From Marsupella aquatica (Eukaryota > Plantae > Marchantiophyta): a DNA stretch of 64,000 nucleotides. Position 1 is the first letter of the stretch, and every line of letters begins with the position of its first letter. Below the pieces are notes generated by a model that did no database searches, had not been told where the DNA came from, and worked only from the letters and a program-made list of their open reading frames with translations. Positions 25,699-37,302 of this stretch are shown in pieces. The position numbers were made by a program, and so were the translations under genes. The DNA lies in contig OZ316896.1 of assembly GCA_973895155.1 (NCBI GenBank), forward strand, positions 4,965,925 to 5,029,924. Direction: 5' to 3'.

Positions 25699-28600
25699 AT
25701 GACCAACCTAGAGAAACTTAACTTTCCAGCCCTAGAAATAGATGGCGGCAACTACCTAGAATGGTCCATGAACCTAAAAGAAAACCTAACCTCGCTAACC
25801 CTACTCCCTGCAATAGGGCTCGCTCAACCCATCCTTGCCGGTGAACCACAACCAGACCCATTAACTTAAGCCAACGAATCGAAAGCCCTAGTATTCCTGA
25901 GACGCCACATCCATAGATTCCTATAGAGACAATACATGCACCTTTTGACTCCTCGTGAACTATGGATAGCGCTCCAGACCCGATTCGACCACCAGAAACT
26001 GGTTGAATTACCTAGAGCCAGGCAAGACTGGCTCAACCTGCGGGTCCAGGACTTTACCTCTATTTCAGCCTACAATAGCGAACTCTTTAGAATAACATCA
26101 ACCCTCGCACTATGTGGCGAGCCGGTCACAGACAAGATCTGCTAGAGAAGACCTTGTCAACATTTCATTCATCGAATGTGTGGCTATCAACTCAGTATTG
26201 AAACATGAAGTTCGGGCAATACTCCGAGCTCATAGCCCACCTCCTAGTCACCGAAAGAAACCAAGAACTCCTCTTAGTTAACTCTAGAAAACGTCCTGCG
26301 GGCATACTGCCCTCAGGATCACAAAGTGAAACACATCTTACCGACACCGCTGAACCCTCCACATCAAGGCAGGGCATTAAGCGAAGTAGGAATGGCAACC
26401 ATAGAAACCACCCCAACAGGGGGAGTTTCTTTAACCAACGCCCACAATACAATTTCAGACGGTCCTTTAGTGGACACGGAGGACGAGGTGGACGCGGTGG
26501 ACGCGGCGGACGCGGCGATGGAAGAACATATAACAACAACCGCCAAAATGATTGGTCACAATCCCAACCACAACGGGAACGCCCAAAATGCCATGCATGT
26601 GGCATGACCAACCACCTAGCCAGAAACTGTAGAATCCCACAACACCTTAAAGAGCTATATCAATGATCCCTCAGGGACAGACAAACCTCTAGGGCACCAC
26701 CCCGTGAAACCCACGGGGCGTTTATGGGGTCCAGCGACCCATTCCAAGACTTTTCAGATCTACCTGCCCAACCCGAAGCACACTTAGTGGCAAGTAGTTC
26801 CACAACCCCAGATCTAAATAGCCCCAGCACATGTATTATAGATAGTGCAACCACGCACACTATCCTCCGGGATCGACACCTTTTTCACAAGATCACACCC
26901 TCACGTCGATCCCTAACCACTATTAATGGCCCTAGCCAAATAGAAGAGGGCTTTGGCCCAGCTTCCATTAGACTCCCGCAGGGTACAACTATACACATAG
27001 AATCTGCTATTTTTGCCCCAAACGCAACGCGTAATCTCCTCAGTTTTAGAGATATACGAGCAAACGGACTACATGTCCAGACGGGCGATACCAGAGATCA
27101 GGAAGTGATACACTTGGTTGAAAATACCCCTACGGGGAATATCATTAAAGAAACCCTTTTCTCGTACCCCTGCAGGTTTTATGTAACTCATATTGAATGC
27201 TTGCATAACAATGCCAACACAAGTGAATTGCCCGCGCTTTGGCATGCACGCCTTGGCCACCCCGGCCAATCAATGCTAAGCAAAATACTTAAGAATTCAA
27301 GTGGCATTCCAATCAATACACGCCACATTCCAGCTAGCACCCCATGCACTGCATGCTCACACGGCAAATTAATAACAAGGCCCACGGCATCAAAATTACC
27401 AACCAAAATACCCAAATTCTTGGAAATAATCCACGCCGATGTTTGCGGGCCGATCAACCCACTGAGCGGACCCTTCCGCTACTTCATGGTATTAATCGAC
27501 GCATCAACTAAATGGTCAAATGTGACATTGCTTTCAACGAGGAACATGGTTATGCCTCGTATCTTGGCGCAAATCCTGCGTGTGAAAGCACAATTCCCAG
27601 ACCACCCCATTAAGACACTAAGGGTGGACAATGCAGGGGAATTCACATCCGAAACATTTGATGACTTCTGCACATCACTTGGCATTGACGTACAATATCA
27701 TGTACCTCACGTGCATTTTCAGAACGGACTAGCTGAAGCGGTCATTAAACGCCTTCAGTTAATTGCACGCCCACTATTAATGCAGTCGAAACTCCCTGTC
27801 TCACCATGGGGACACGCCATATTATAGGCTAATGCATTAATCCAATACCGCCCATCGGCCTTTAATACCTATAGCCCATACCAAATTGCTAATGGTATTA
27901 AACCTGACCTATCACATCTTCGTTCATTTGGATGTCAAGTAATGGTCCTCGTTACTCCACCCAAACGAACCAAGATGGGACCCCAACGACAGTCGGGGAT
28001 ATACATCGGATTTGACTCACCGTCCATAATCCGATATATAGAGCCTACAACTGACGATGTTTTTAAAGCCAGATTCCTAGATTGCCATTTTGATGAGCAT
28101 ATTTACCCATCATTAATAACCCCCGAACACCCACAACCACCTTTGGAGTGGGAAAGACACTCGCCATTTTGGCAAGACCTTAGAACGAATCAAGGGGAGA
28201 AAGAAGTTCAAAGAATTTTGCAACTCCACAAGATTGTGGAAGAACTTCCTGACGCTTTCATTGACACATCACAAATTATCCGCTCACATATTCCAACTGC
28301 GAGAGCATCTGCTCGCATCGAATTATCAAGTGAGCCAGCAAGTACATCCCAACCTCGTGCAAAATGAGGTAGACCCTTGGGATCAAAAGATAAACAACCA
28401 CGAAGGCGTGGTTCATCTATACCACCTTCACCTGATGTCAATCATACCGAATCTACATCCCATGAAGAGATCTCTATCCACTACGCAGACACAGGTGCGA
28501 TGTGGGATAGAAATACTACTTCAATAGATGATGCTTTTGCATTAATGGTGGCAACACATATCACAGACGAAACACCAGAACCAATATCCATCTTAGAATG

Positions 28601-30338
28601 CCAACACAGACCAGATTGGCCTGAATGGCAAAAAGCTATAAACGGAGAATTAGATTCCCTACTAAGCAGACATACTTTTGGCCCAATCAAGCCAACACCG
28701 CAAGACGTATACCTCATTGGCTACAAGTGGACATTCATCCGCAAAAGAAATGATAAAGGCCAAGTTATACGCTACAAAGCACGTCTGGTAGGGAAAGGAT
28801 TTACCCAACAACCGGGAATTCATTACGATGAAACTTACTCACCGGTTATGGATAGCACAACATTCCGATACCTTATCGGATTTGCCATTTTCCATAAACT
28901 ACAAATGCGACAACTGGATGTTGCAACCACATATCTATATGGAACTTTAGACACTTGTCTATACATGCGATCACCTCCCGAGTTGGAGCAACGACGCCGA
29001 GCCTTAGCTCAAGGCGCTAAATCGCATATCCCATATTTACATAAGATTATCACACAATTATCTCAAGTTACACCTCATGTGTCATCTACACATATAACTC
29101 ATAATAATGACACCGCTGTGTCAACCGTACGGAATACTCGTCGTGGACTAGCTATCCGCGTGTTGAAGGCATTATATGGCCTGAAACAAAGTGGCAGAGT
29201 ATGGTATCAAAGATTTACTGATGAAATGATTGCCATGGGTTTTTCCCATGATGCCATTACACCATGTTTATTTATTAAACATGTGAATGATGAATATGTC
29301 ATCGTTTCTATTTATGTTGATGACTTAAATATATTTGGGACACCCCAACTTACAGAAGATACTATTACCAGTCTTAAATCCACATTTGAGATGAAAGACC
29401 TTGGACATACAAACTTTTGCTTAGGCTTACAACTAGAGATCCTACCCACTGGCATGATGCTCCATCAGACCACACAAACCGAAAAGATCCTAAAACAGTT
29501 CAATATGAACCTAGCACACCCATTGACGTCACCAATGGTTGTACGTTCATTAGAAAATAATACTAATGTTTTTCGCAAGCGCGAAGAACATGAACCACTA
29601 TTAGGACCAGAAACACCATACCTTTCCGCAATAGGAGCATTAATGTATCTAGCAAATCAGACACGACCAGACATTGCATTTGCAGTTAACTTACTAGCCA
29701 GACATAGTGCAACTCCCACAGCCAGACACTGGAATGGAGTTAAGCATGTATTTAGATATCTACGTGGAACCACCGATACCGGGTTATTTTACTCATTCGG
29801 TGCAAACCACGAGCTAATAGGATACGCGGATGCCGGATACCTCTCCGACACTGATACCGCAAAATCCCAAACCGGATATGTTTTTACCATAGGGGGTACC
29901 GCTTTCTCTTGGAAAAGCGTGAAACAAACCCTAACAGCAACCTCATCGAATCACTCAGAAATCTTAGCTCTACATGAGGCTAGTCGTGAAGCCGTTTGGT
30001 TACGATCCTTTATAAACCACATCAACACCAAATGCGGCCTACCACCACTAACGAAGCCTACTAACATTTTTGAGGATAACGCAGCATGTATACAGCAGAT
30101 CACGAAAGGATTCATCAAAGGCGATCGCGTGAAGCACATAGCTCCGAAATTTTTCTACACTCACGAGTTACATGGAAAAGAGATCAACATTTTGCAGATT
30201 TCAAGTGCAGACAACTGTGCGGATCTCTTCACCAAATCATTATCACCATCAGTCCATCACCGACACTGCCAGGCGATTGGACTATGGAGCGTGCGACGCA
30301 TGATGACAGTGGAGGCTGCTGCTCCACATGATACTTGA
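25699..30338 (+). pseudogene. Copia gag-pol polyprotein, disrupted
   Basis: Gag start MTNLEKLNFPALEIDGGNYLEW (Bianca-type); zinc knuckle CHACGMTNHLARNC; protease IIDSATTHT; integrase WHARLGHP..CTAC, IHADVCGP, RVDNAGEF, QNGLAE; RT YKARLVGKGF, LYGLKQSGR, IYVDDLNI; RNase H GYADAGY, FEDNAAC, ADLFTK. Stops at 25867, 25924, 26199, 26664, 27825, 28365 and a frameshift near 26135. Confidence 0.95.
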
Positions 30339-32005
30339 TGATGTTGACGACATGATGCTGATGATATGCTGTTGACGACCTACTGATGAGACAAATGTTA
30401 AAAGCTAGATTTACTATAGCATCTAACTTTACTTAACATTGATATTTATTACGACGAGGACTGTTAGACTGCACTCTTTTTCCTTTAGCACTCATATTTT
30501 TCTCTACTACACTGGTAGAGTTTTTATTAAGCTAGAGTTGATAAAGGTTTTTTAACGAGGCAGTCCTCCTCGCTTGTACACCTATCATATACACTCCATA
30601 AACATAATCAACAAAGACTAGACTCATAGGATTAGTTGTCTACATAGCTACCACTATTTAGCCAAGGGGGAGTGTTATAATCCCCACGTCTAGTCACCGT
30701 TTACCCTGGTTAAGTCACCCTAACCAGGGGTGTACATGATACATACACCTATATATAAAACCTCCCGGACTAGAAGATGTGTTGGAGACTCATTACCTCA
30801 TGACAATTTTATATTATTTGATTTCATTGTGCACAACTCGTAGCAACTTTGTGTAATGAAATTGTACTTTCTATTGATCACTATGTGCTTTTATTGTATG
30901 TACTTTATTTATATTATTTGATTTCATTCATATTTAATATGTATTCTAGTCTTACTCTTTAATTTTGTCCACTTAATATCATTACAAGACAAAAAGTAAA
31001 GCATGTTCCAGGATGAGCATGCTATATGGGAGGAGTTGTAAAAGTGGTAAAGAGAGCCTAACAGGGGTCACTGGATTTGTCAGCATGCAGCTCTATACAA
31101 CTTTGTATCAGCTTCTTCGAAAAGGACTAAAGCAACATATAAGTCAGATAATTATTTGCAGAATATTGAGAATGCTACAAGCATTGCTAGCTTATGATAG
31201 CCCAGAATGCGCCATATATAGCCACCGCGGGTATAAATTCATCATTTCAATTCATTCTATGAAACAAAAGCCAATTCAAATGTCCTCTAATTTCTACATG
31301 CCAATAATGTCCAAAATTACCTGCACAATTGTTGGCTCAGGAATATCAGAATCTCTTCTCTAAATGAGCTGAAAAGTAATGACTAAGAAAATGTCAAATG
31401 GAGCTAGGTGGTGACACCTAATAAGGATTCTATGATCTCAAAATGTGTGAACAACCTCAGATGCAATAAACTGAATAAATTGAGAAGTGGAAAGCAAGAC
31501 CAGAATTTCCAAAGACTAACCTGTGCAGAGGGTCTTCCTTTCAATGATCTTTGTGTAAATGCTATGTCAACCTCGCTGAACTTGACTCACAAAGCTATCA
31601 GTCAATACATTTTTCAAATTGGCAACATGAGGCTTAGTTCTTCTCCTTACAAAATCCTCAATGAAGTTATTAGATGTTCTATAGAAGACACATGTCCAAT
31701 ACAAGGATGAAATGACGAGCCTCTTTCTCCAACTATAGGACTGCAGAAACTTCCATGACCCACAAGAAGCTATGGTGGCACATGAGGTCTGGGCACACAT
31801 GATCACCAAAAAGCTATGCTGGCAAATGGAGTAGGGGCATAGAATTTTACTAATATCTTGAGATGGGGCTCCAAAAGGTCAAGGAGTATCAAGTTTGCTA
31901 GGCATTGAATGACATTAATATGGCACGCTACTACTATGGTAGAAATGTGACTGACTGAACAGCTCAAAGTAGTTATGATTTTTTAATTTTTTAATTTTTA
32001 TAATT

Positions 32006-32271
32006 TTTTGGGATCAAATTAGGCATTTTATTAGAAAGTGAATGACTCACTCATCCATACATTTTGGATCATTCGAAGCAAATTGGTCATTCAAATTCTT
32101 TCTTTCATGGAATTGAGGTATGCTAACGTAGTTAGTCATTTTGGGATCAAATTAGGCATTTTATTAGAAAGTGAATGACTCACTTACCCATACATTTTGG
32201 ATCATCCGAAGCAAATTGGTCATTTGGAAGCTTTCTTTCATGGAATTGAGTTATGTTACAGTAGTTAGTCA
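32006..32271. repeat. 133-bp tandem duplication
   Basis: 32006-32138 matches 32139-32271 (ttttgggatcaaattaggcattttattagaaagtg...gtagttagtca). Confidence 0.92.
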
Positions 32272-34108
32272 AAGGCTAGCAATAATTTGTTATTGCCCTC
32301 TAAACGTCAAAGGTCCATCAGAATCTCTTGGAAGCCAACCTTGACTTTCTTCGTGTTATCTTGGTGGTACGGTGTCACCAAAAGTTCAAATACTTCAAAT
32401 CAGTAAATCAGAACCTACAAATCTCCTTACTCAAATCCCTTCCCCATCACGATAACGAGTACTACTGAGTACTGGAATGGTTTATTTAGTTGATATCATT
32501 GGTTAGTTTGTTCAATACTTGCACTTGCCCATTTGGGAGCGTTTTACCAATTGTCCCTAGGGCAAGTTTTCAAATACTCTTCTAAAGGCAAATTTAGCTC
32601 ATTAGTGGAAATTTTGGATATCTCCAAGTCTAATTGTGTCATTAAGGACAAATATTGTCTGGCTGCGAGCCAGGGCCCTGATGGTCGTAGCCCTCGCCTT
32701 CACTTCGGCATCAATGGCATTGCACACCTGCTTTGTGATTGATACTCCGCAAAAAATTTCACAATGGATTTTGTGTTATGTTCCGGAGCATTGAAATTGA
32801 CAGGAGGGAGAATATTAAATTGCACTGAACAGAACACCTTACGCTCTTCAACGACCAAAGCATCTCGTTGCTATGACAAAGAAGCACACGCTCAAGTGAC
32901 GATATTCAAAATTGGGGACTGCAAATGACCTGAAGCAATGCTACAGCTCCCCTCCTTGGCCTACCTTTAGTAACTTTGTCAGTGTCAACCTGCTTCTCCT
33001 TGGTCATGACTTTCAACTTCCCTGCACAATGTAACTCTCACTCAACTCGGGTCAATCCAATGATCACTTGGAGTATATCGACACAAAAACACCACTCCCT
33101 TACATCCCCGATGGCAATTTCTGGCAGATTAGCTTAGCTCAACTCAACTCAGCTCAACACATCTTGGCCCTGTTCCACCTCTTTTCACTCCTCACCGACT
33201 CCAACCTGGAAAAGCAACACAAACAACAATTCCGTTCTTGCAACCTTCCTCCGATGATGCAAACCAAAGCAATTTCCAACTTGGACTACAATTAATCCCT
33301 TCTACACGGAAACTAAATTTGCAATCGTGTGCCATTAGGTCAATTCAATTTGGAAACCAGGAGAGAATATGGACACATGATTACCAAACATATTCCCAAG
33401 CTGCAATGTGCTCCAACAAATCACGGCAACTAGGCTTGGATACAAGAACGCGATTAGACAAGTCCAACCTTGTCAATTTCTAATTAAACCTGAAGAGAAT
33501 ATGGACACAATTTGGCTCGAATGGAGTTCTCAATCAATGGAAATTCAGTTGCCGCTACATTACACAAGTAATGGATGACGGAGAGAAGGATGTGAGTCTT
33601 GTGAAGCGAAGCTGCGATGCAATGTACAGACAGATGGAGCACAACTCTACGACGTGACCAGCAAACAACAATCACGTCAATCGAACGGCATGAAGGAAGA
33701 GTGTTGAGAGGAATGAACGAATGAAAGAAATTCCAAAGTAGTTATTATGAAATAGTTATGCAACTTGTTACTTTTTCACTAGGTAAACACTGACATATCT
33801 ATTTTTGGTGAAATGAATTATTTGTTCCAATCAAAATTTGGAAGGAATTTTCATTTGGGCCAAAATGAAAATTGTAACTAAAGCGGTTACAAGTGTAAAT
33901 AAACGTAATTTCTTTCTGTGTATTTTTGTTTCTTTTATGTCCTCTTTTGACGGCATGGTGACCCTATTTTTATGCACAAAGTGTTGCAAACAGGATCCGG
34001 GCGGTTATTTTCTTTTGCAAAACCATCCTCCCCTGTTTGTGACCGACCTTGCTGATGTGGCATGCTGTGGTGCCGGGGATTTTGTCGGGGACCTCTCATG
34101 GGGTCCGT

Positions 34109-34358
34109 AAAAATGGCTTATGTAGGCCTGTAGAGCATTCCCACCCATATGCGCCATACTGGCGGCTATTGGTAGGCACTAGGTAATGTATATGGTTAAG
34201 GATGGGAGGTGTCCCTTTATGAAATATTGGTCAACTATATATTCCATAAAGGTATGAGTGACCAACCTTAACATTACGTTAAGGTTGTCTAACATTGACA
34301 AAACTTATTTTGCAATGGGTATTGACAGCATCCTGAACAGCCAGCTATTGGGCTAGCA
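34109..34358. repeat. Dispersed ~245-bp repeat, copy 2
   Basis: Same orientation as 20597-20839 and highly similar; flanks are unrelated. Confidence 0.9.
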
Positions 34359-36072
34359 AACTGTATATTCATATGGTTCATTTTTTATGAGATAGAATCC
34401 TTGAGAAATGTGTTGATGTGTCAGGGTATATATGAGTGAACCAGAACCTGAATTGAAGATCAGATGACCTTAACATACTGCAGATGGGGAGAATGCCCTT
34501 TGTAGGCCGTTAGAGTAATCCTATGGATGGTCATGAGAATTTTGCCACCCTTGCTAGCCCACCTCAAGGGTTTTATGTGCAATTTTCAAGTCAAAATGGG
34601 GAAAACCTAAACTTGGGGGTTAGGCTTTCTAATCCACTACCACTCAGGGCTATCCTTGTAACCCCCTTGGACTCACCCCTCTTTGGGCCATAAATTACCC
34701 TACTGTGTAACCCCTCTTCTCTTTCCTCCTTTGTAGTTTCATGGGAGGTTTCCAACCATAAACTTCTTGCCAATGGCTTGGGGTTCTAAATCTCTTAATC
34801 TACTTAGCAAGTCTCACCAAGTGTCATGTATTTAAATGTCAATTTTTGTCGAAAAAGAGCTGCCAGTCATGTTTGCTGACAAGTTCATTTTTTTGCAAAA
34901 TTTTTACAAAAACAGTTACAAGCTGTTTGGATCATAGGTCTATTGTGACTACATAGTTTGGTCATAGGACTGCTTAGTTAGGAATATTATTGTCACACTA
35001 GTTCAATACATGTGCATTGCACAAAAGATGTTTTGCGTGAAAGATGTTGTTGAGTAAAAGAAGATATTGCATGAACGGCCTCATTGCATAAAAACTATCG
35101 TTGCACACAAGATGCAAAAAGGAAACAGTGTCATTGTGCAAAAGATGTTGTGAAGGAAAAAATGTTAATATGAGTCGCGGAACTTGATTACCTTAACACT
35201 TAGCTCCGGCGTCGGTGACTTTGACGCCGAGCTCCCTTATGGTCTAGGCCCGGATAGGCCATCCGGGGAGGACTTAGCATGGGGAGACTTGTGGGCAATG
35301 GGGCGTGACACTGGTGATTGCAAGGCACTAAGTTGGTGGCACACACTAAGAACTTAGATGAGCTGGCGGCTAGTCGGGTCAAGGGGAAAGGGCCAGGCTC
35401 AAGGATGACCGTCCAAACCCCCGAATGTACTTTGAGTTTTGAGGGCTTGAGTGAGAGCTAATTAATGGAGTTGACTCCATGGGCAACGGACGCTTGGGGC
35501 ACAAGTTATGGCTTGATCCGGGTTTGGCCGATCGGGGGTCCCGGGCGACGATGAGATCTGAAGGCCTAGGCATGAGCATTGGGTCAGCCCAATCACAACA
35601 GGCTAAGGCACTACGCTTGTAGACGCCTAACTGGAAAGTTATGGACATTGTCAATTGGTGGCACGCCCAGACATGCGGGTTGGGGTCTAGGTTGGGGGCC
35701 AAAATTTGGGGACCAAAGTTGGTCCGGGGGTGGCAGGTCTCCAGAAGCATATATGAGGGGAGTGGTGTCTCCCTGGGGGCTAAGGGCGAGCCGAAGTCGT
35801 GAGCCGCGACGGTCGCAACACTAAGGGAAATCATTAAACATAAATGACGATAACTTCCCAACGGGAAGTTTGTTAGAGGACTTCTTGGGTGCATTGGAAA
35901 AATCTCAAGAAGTGCTACATCTTCCTGAGATCATCTGGGTATAGGGATGCCATAGGTTCTCAGGGTTTGTGGGGGCTATCTTGCCCGCTTGCCAAATCTT
36001 GTCAAAACAGCAGCCAAACCGCGTTCAGTCTCTCAAGGGAACTTGCGTTGGGAGGGCAAGGCCAAGTAGGCG

Positions 36073-36366
36073 CCTAGGTTCCTCACTTCTTTTCTTCCGA
36101 CCCATCACGCGCGAATAAGTATAGGGTTTTTTATTGGGTTTAGTGAAATACTTTTAAATTTTTGTTGAAGAACATTAGGGTTAGTTTAATCCAATTTTGA
36201 GAATTATAAGAATCATAGGGTTTTTTAAAATCAAAGTAAAATCATAAGAATTAAGTTTAGGGTAAAAAAATTCCCAAAAAAACTTTATTGACTTAACTTG
36301 TAGGGTGTTTATTCCCCCAAAATTTTGAGCGTGATATGAGACACCCCTTGGATTGAGGTCCTCGAG
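36073..36366. mobile_element. ~300-bp non-autonomous DNA transposon (MITE, hAT-type TSD), copy A
   Basis: Reverse-complement match to 36998-37302. Flanked by AGTAGGCG (36065-36072) and AGTAGGGG (36367-36374), a 7/8 TSD. Degenerate short TIRs and a subterminal atcacgc motif at both ends. Confidence 0.7.
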
Positions 36367-36997
36367 AGTAGGGGTGGAGGATGATTTCCAAGGCACTTGG
36401 CCCCTAGACCATCACTGGGGCGAGAATCGGGAGTTGGTTGCTAGAGTCGGGGCCATTTTGGTCCCGACGTGTTAGGACAAGCTTGGGACAAGCTTTAGGA
36501 CAAGCTACGTTATTTGGGCCATGAGCATGTCCTGGGGGCAGGGCGGTCGGTTGGTGATGGATAGGTACAAGGGGGAACCCGGGCTGCACCTGAGGAAGGA
36601 ACTATTCTGGACGTATAGTGGGTGTCGGTTCCGGTTCCGGCTTATTGCATTGGGAGGACCTATTGCTGACCTACTTACCAATGTCTGTTGAGCTTGAGTT
36701 AGGATGCTAAACTTGGAGAGATCTAGATCCTGAAGGGTTACTTACTGAGAAGCTTGGTTGCTTGTGTAAATAGTGAGGACCGTTGAGTAGTGGTCGTGTT
36801 GGAGAGCAAGTGTGGCTTCGTATGGGAGGGGCCGTTGATGATGCAAACGGGTTGGTTGCTCGAGGTATTTTGTGGAGGTGTTCGGGCACCACGGGCACTT
36901 AGGCATGGGTGCTGGGATTGGTGAGGGGGTTGGGTGGCAAGGTTCACCACTATATGTAAAAGAAATTGTTGCATAAAAGATTTTGTTGTGTAAAGAG

Positions 36998-37302
36998 CTC
37001 TAGGGTCTCAATCTAGGGAGTGTCCCATATCACGCGCAAACTTTGGGGGGAATAAACACCCTAAAACTTAAGTCAATAAAGTTTTTTTGAGTAATTTTTT
37101 TACCCCTAACTTAATGGAATGTCTTGGAATATTCCAAAGTTTGGTTAAAAAAACACTATGATTCTTATAATTTTCAAAAACTGAATTAAAATAACTCTAA
37201 TGTTCTTCAACAAAATTTGAAAGAACATTTCACTAAACCCAATAAAAAATCTTATACTTATTTGCGTGTGATGGGTTGGAAGAAAGAAGTGAGTACCCCG
37301 GG
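36998..37302. mobile_element. ~300-bp MITE, copy B (opposite orientation)
   Basis: Perfect 8-bp TSD GTAAAGAG at 36990-36997 and 37303-37310. Inverted copy of 36073-36366. Confidence 0.78.

Larger units (their letters stand above)
24150..30805 (+). mobile_element. Full-length Ty1/copia LTR retrotransposon, Bianca-like, inactivated
   Basis: LTRs 24150-24282 and 30673-30805 (133 bp, TG..CA, 3 differences). TSD ATTTT at 24145-24149 and 30806-30810. PBS cgttatcagcacga at 24283-24296. PPT aagggggag at 30664-30672. Domain order GAG-PR-INT-RT-RH. Confidence 0.97.

Noticed and set aside
31013-33720. Short ORFs downstream of the copia element
   Set aside because: No recognisable motifs or consistent exon chain; probably old TE debris.
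36073-37302. Single Mutator/foldback element with 290-bp TIRs
   Set aside because: There is no shared outer TSD, while each arm has its own 8-bp TSD.
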